Source: an uncultured Bacteroidota bacterium (GTDB lineage Bacteria > Bacteroidota > Ignavibacteria > UBA10030 > UBA8401). Taken from it: 64,000 bases of DNA. Position numbers and translations under genes: made by a program. Numbering within the stretch: the first letter of the stretch is position 1; each line of letters starts with the position of its first letter. A model generated the notes under the pieces. That model ran no database searches, was not told the DNA's origin, and saw only the letters and a list, made by a program, of their open reading frames with translations. The stretch lies in the NCBI GenBank assembly GCA_963827085.1, contig CAWGZY010000002.1, positions 261,889 to 325,888 of the forward strand. The letters run 5' to 3'. Positions 62,701 through 64,000 of the stretch are shown piece by piece.

Positions 62701-64000
62701 ACAGCAATTTGAAGCGTTCCTCGCTTTGGCTCAGTGCCTTTTCCGCCTGCTTGCGTTCGGTAATCTCAATATGATTGGCCTGATGATACAGTATCTTGTC
62801 CGATGTATCTCTAATTTCCTTTACAGACACGAGAACGAAGATTCGACTCCCATCACGTCGTAGCACTTCGATCTCTCTCGGTTCCATAACACCATTTTTG
62901 GCAAGTATCCGCAGTACTTCCTTTCTATCGTCTGGGTTCGCGTACAGTTGACCAACGTTAGCCACTTCAGCCATCATCTCGCCCGGGTTACCGTAGCCGT
63001 ACATCTGCGCATAGGCCATGTTGCAATGAAGCAGATGCCCGTCGGTTGCGGCCGTTGAAATTCCCATGATGGAATTCTCGAACAGAGATCGGTATTGCGA
63101 TTCAGAATCCCGTAACGCTTCTTCCGCGCGCTTGCGCTCGGTGATGTCCTGATATATTCCCGTCCACTTGACCACTTTACCCTTGGCATCCAACACTGCT
63201 TCGCCGCGGCCATGCACGTAGCTGACGCTGCCATCGGGCTTGAGTATCCGGCCTTCAATAGGCTGTGGCTTGAGGTTGTTCAACGTCTTGCGGGCGGCTT
63301 CCACAACCATGGCGCGGTCTTCGGGATGGAACGCCTGTATAGTCATCTCCGCGGTGAGGGGGACAGTCCCCGGCGCGATGCCAAAAATGGCGTACATTTC
63401 GGGAGACCAGATTACCTTGTCTTCAGCGGGTATCCATTCCCAGCTGCCAATCCTGCCGATGCGCTGAGCTTCGGTCAAGCGGCGCTCGCTCACCTTCAGC
63501 GTATCCTCGGCCTGCTTGCGCTTTGTGATATCTGTCGCGATTCCTAATCTGCCGACTGCTCTCCCGGACGCATCCCGCAAAATAGAACCTGAAAGGAGCA
63601 TAGGGAGGGTGCTCCCGTCTTTCCGTTGGAACTCTATTTCGGCCTCCGCTGAACCTACCCGATCTACGCGATTCCTTAACTCATCCAACAATGCCACAGA
63701 GTGTTTGGGAATAATAATGTCCAACGTTTTCTTTCCCAATACTTCTTCGGATTTCCAGCCATAGACCGTTTCTGCAAATTTGTTCCAATAGAAGATGACA
63801 TCGGCGAGGTCGGTCGCAACCGCCGCGCTGGTAAACTGGTCCAGAAGCGTAGCCTGGAATTTAATCTTATCCTCTGCCCGTACGTGCTCTTTCCGAATTT
63901 TTGCTTCACGCAGCTCACGTCGAATGGCGGGAGTCAACCGCTCAAGGTTCCCTTTCATCACATAATCATGGGCGCCGGCTTTCATCGCTTCGACTGCTGT
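59726..64000 (-). CDS. Very large multi-PAS hybrid sensor histidine kinase (more than 1419 aa). The N-terminus lies beyond the window end: partial N-terminal REC, about 9 PAS/PAC domains, HisKA, HATPase_c, C-terminal REC.
   Basis: The ORF is open to the window edge and the first residues GAHDYVMKG are the end of a REC domain. Repeated ITERK(R/Q)AE PAS-PAC linkers. H-box SGIAHDFNN. G-boxes DTGIGM and GTGLGL. C-terminal REC ILLIEDEE...LSDIGLP. Confidence 0.9.
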   Translation of the reverse strand, partial: TAVEAMKAGAHDYVMKGNLERLTPAIRRELREAKIRKEHVRAEDKIKFQATLLDQFTSAAVATDLADVIFYWNKFAETVYGWKSEEVLGKKTLDIIIPKHSVALLDELRNRVDRVGSAEAEIEFQRKDGSTLPMLLSGSILRDASGRAVGRLGIATDITKRKQAEDTLKVSERRLTEAQRIGRIGSWEWIPAEDKVIWSPEMYAIFGIAPGTVPLTAEMTIQAFHPEDRAMVVEAARKTLNNLKPQPIEGRILKPDGSVSYVHGRGEAVLDAKGKVVKWTGIYQDITERKRAEEALRDSESQYRSLFENSIMGISTAATDGHLLHCNMAYAQMYGYGNPGEMMAEVANVGQLYANPDDRKEVLRILAKNGVMEPREIEVLRRDGSRIFVLVSVKEIRDTSDKILYHQANHIEITERKQAEKALSQSEERFKLLYEHAPLGILLANGSGQILEVNPAALQILGSPSVEETKKINLLTFQPLIKSGISAALKSCIEKGRASFGEYPYTSKWEKTIYTYLRYVPILDDHNQVTLVHIIMEDITERKRAEKQINLLAHTVKCIGECVSITDMDDTILFVNDAFLTTYGYAEHEILGKNVNILHSPNNPPNLAAAIYNAARDDGWHGELLNRAKDGREFFASLSTSIVRDDKGCAVALVGVASDVSERKQAEQALQKSEEKFRRVIETALEGVWFLDSEFRTTEVNDAVVRMLGYAPEELIGKPFIDLVVDDERSMQAEEFQRRKRGISGQYDRRLRCKDGSEKWFLFSAKVIMDSQEVFIGSFAMITDITERKRVDDAVRESEERFRMVFENIFDGISIYIEDPNPAKRRLVECNNQYAGMAGRTREELLTLGNTLGLQIPLTDTAKDKSSESRTPGSGYVGSFSWIRPDGKDNIIEYTGMPIIWRGKLHSISIDRDITERKRAEEERQRLITAFEQTAEAILVTDPQGIVQYVNPAFERITGHRRSEVIGQNPRILKSGRQNTEFYENLWETISTGGKWSGRFINKKKDGTLFTDETSISPVFNEKGKIINYVGVKRDITSELSLESQLIQAQKLESIGTLASGIAHDFNNILGIIMGHTSLLERLREDSKMYAESVAAIMKASQRGASLVKQLMLFARKTEPVLESVKINDTIREITKLLQETFSKTITISTSLQQDLPAIVADSSQIHQLLLNLLVNARDAMPSSGMLSITTRAVKGETISSRFTNATARQYVKVEVADTGIGMDESTRQRIFEPFFTTKGPGKGTGLGLAVVFGIVEHHHGFIDVRSVLGEGTSFTVYLPIPERAGVEMAAAKKNLEGIPGGTETILLIEDEEVLRTLAKSILVLKGYAVLTAEDGLQGVEMYRSHQKEIAVILSDIGLPALGGHDVFRKIRAINPEAKVIFASGFFDPETKSEMFKAGLKDFIQKPYMQDEVLQKIRKAIDVQ

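Overview
This is a ~64 kb chromosomal segment from a Gram-negative bacterium. GC content looks mid-range (not computed), clear Shine-Dalgarno sites are present, and consecutive genes often overlap by ATGA.

Most of the window is housekeeping:
- amt (truncated at the left edge), dgt, rplU-rpmA, mdh, pyrG, kdsB, gatC, plsC, ksgA, and tRNA-His plus tRNA-Glu.
- An envelope cluster with GT4, GT9 and GT2 glycosyltransferases and an M48 peptidase.
- An operon of two c-type cytochromes.

The accessory content falls into four groups:
1. A CarH/LitR-type adenosylcobalamin photoreceptor regulator at 29419..30312 with the Wx9EH signature. It has its own sigma70-like promoter and a tandem CGTGCATAT operator-like repeat. 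It heads a co-directional, translationally coupled lipid-modification operon: two CFA-synthase-like methyltransferases, an amine-oxidase-like FAD desaturase, DUF1365, SOUL, DUF2177, DUF1295, an SDR and an ALDH. This resembles singlet-oxygen-induced furan/methyl fatty-acid clusters. The locus is bracketed by a tRNA-Glu and a diverged copy of its 3' half plus terminator.
2. An ECF sigma / anti-sigma / secreted TPR-CHAT protease module.
3. A dense signalling locus. It contains a B12-radical-SAM enzyme, CheY-like receivers, a zinc-ribbon protein, a PilB/GspE-like ATPase, a heme-c (DUF3365) hybrid histidine kinase, and a multi-PAS hybrid kinase of at least 1400 aa that runs off the right edge.
4. 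At least three families of MITE-like intergenic repeats, more than ten copies in all, including a composite fam1+fam2 unit found in both orientations. There is also a tandem structured repeat upstream of rplU and a gcaaag..cgctaaga hairpin family.

Three essential or operonic genes (rpmA, the first CFA-like gene, the amine-oxidase-like gene) each carry a single-base frameshift at a short G run, and an MBL/beta-CASP gene is an internally deleted remnant. These look like homopolymer sequencing errors or recent gene decay.

No CRISPR array, transposase or integrase was seen.
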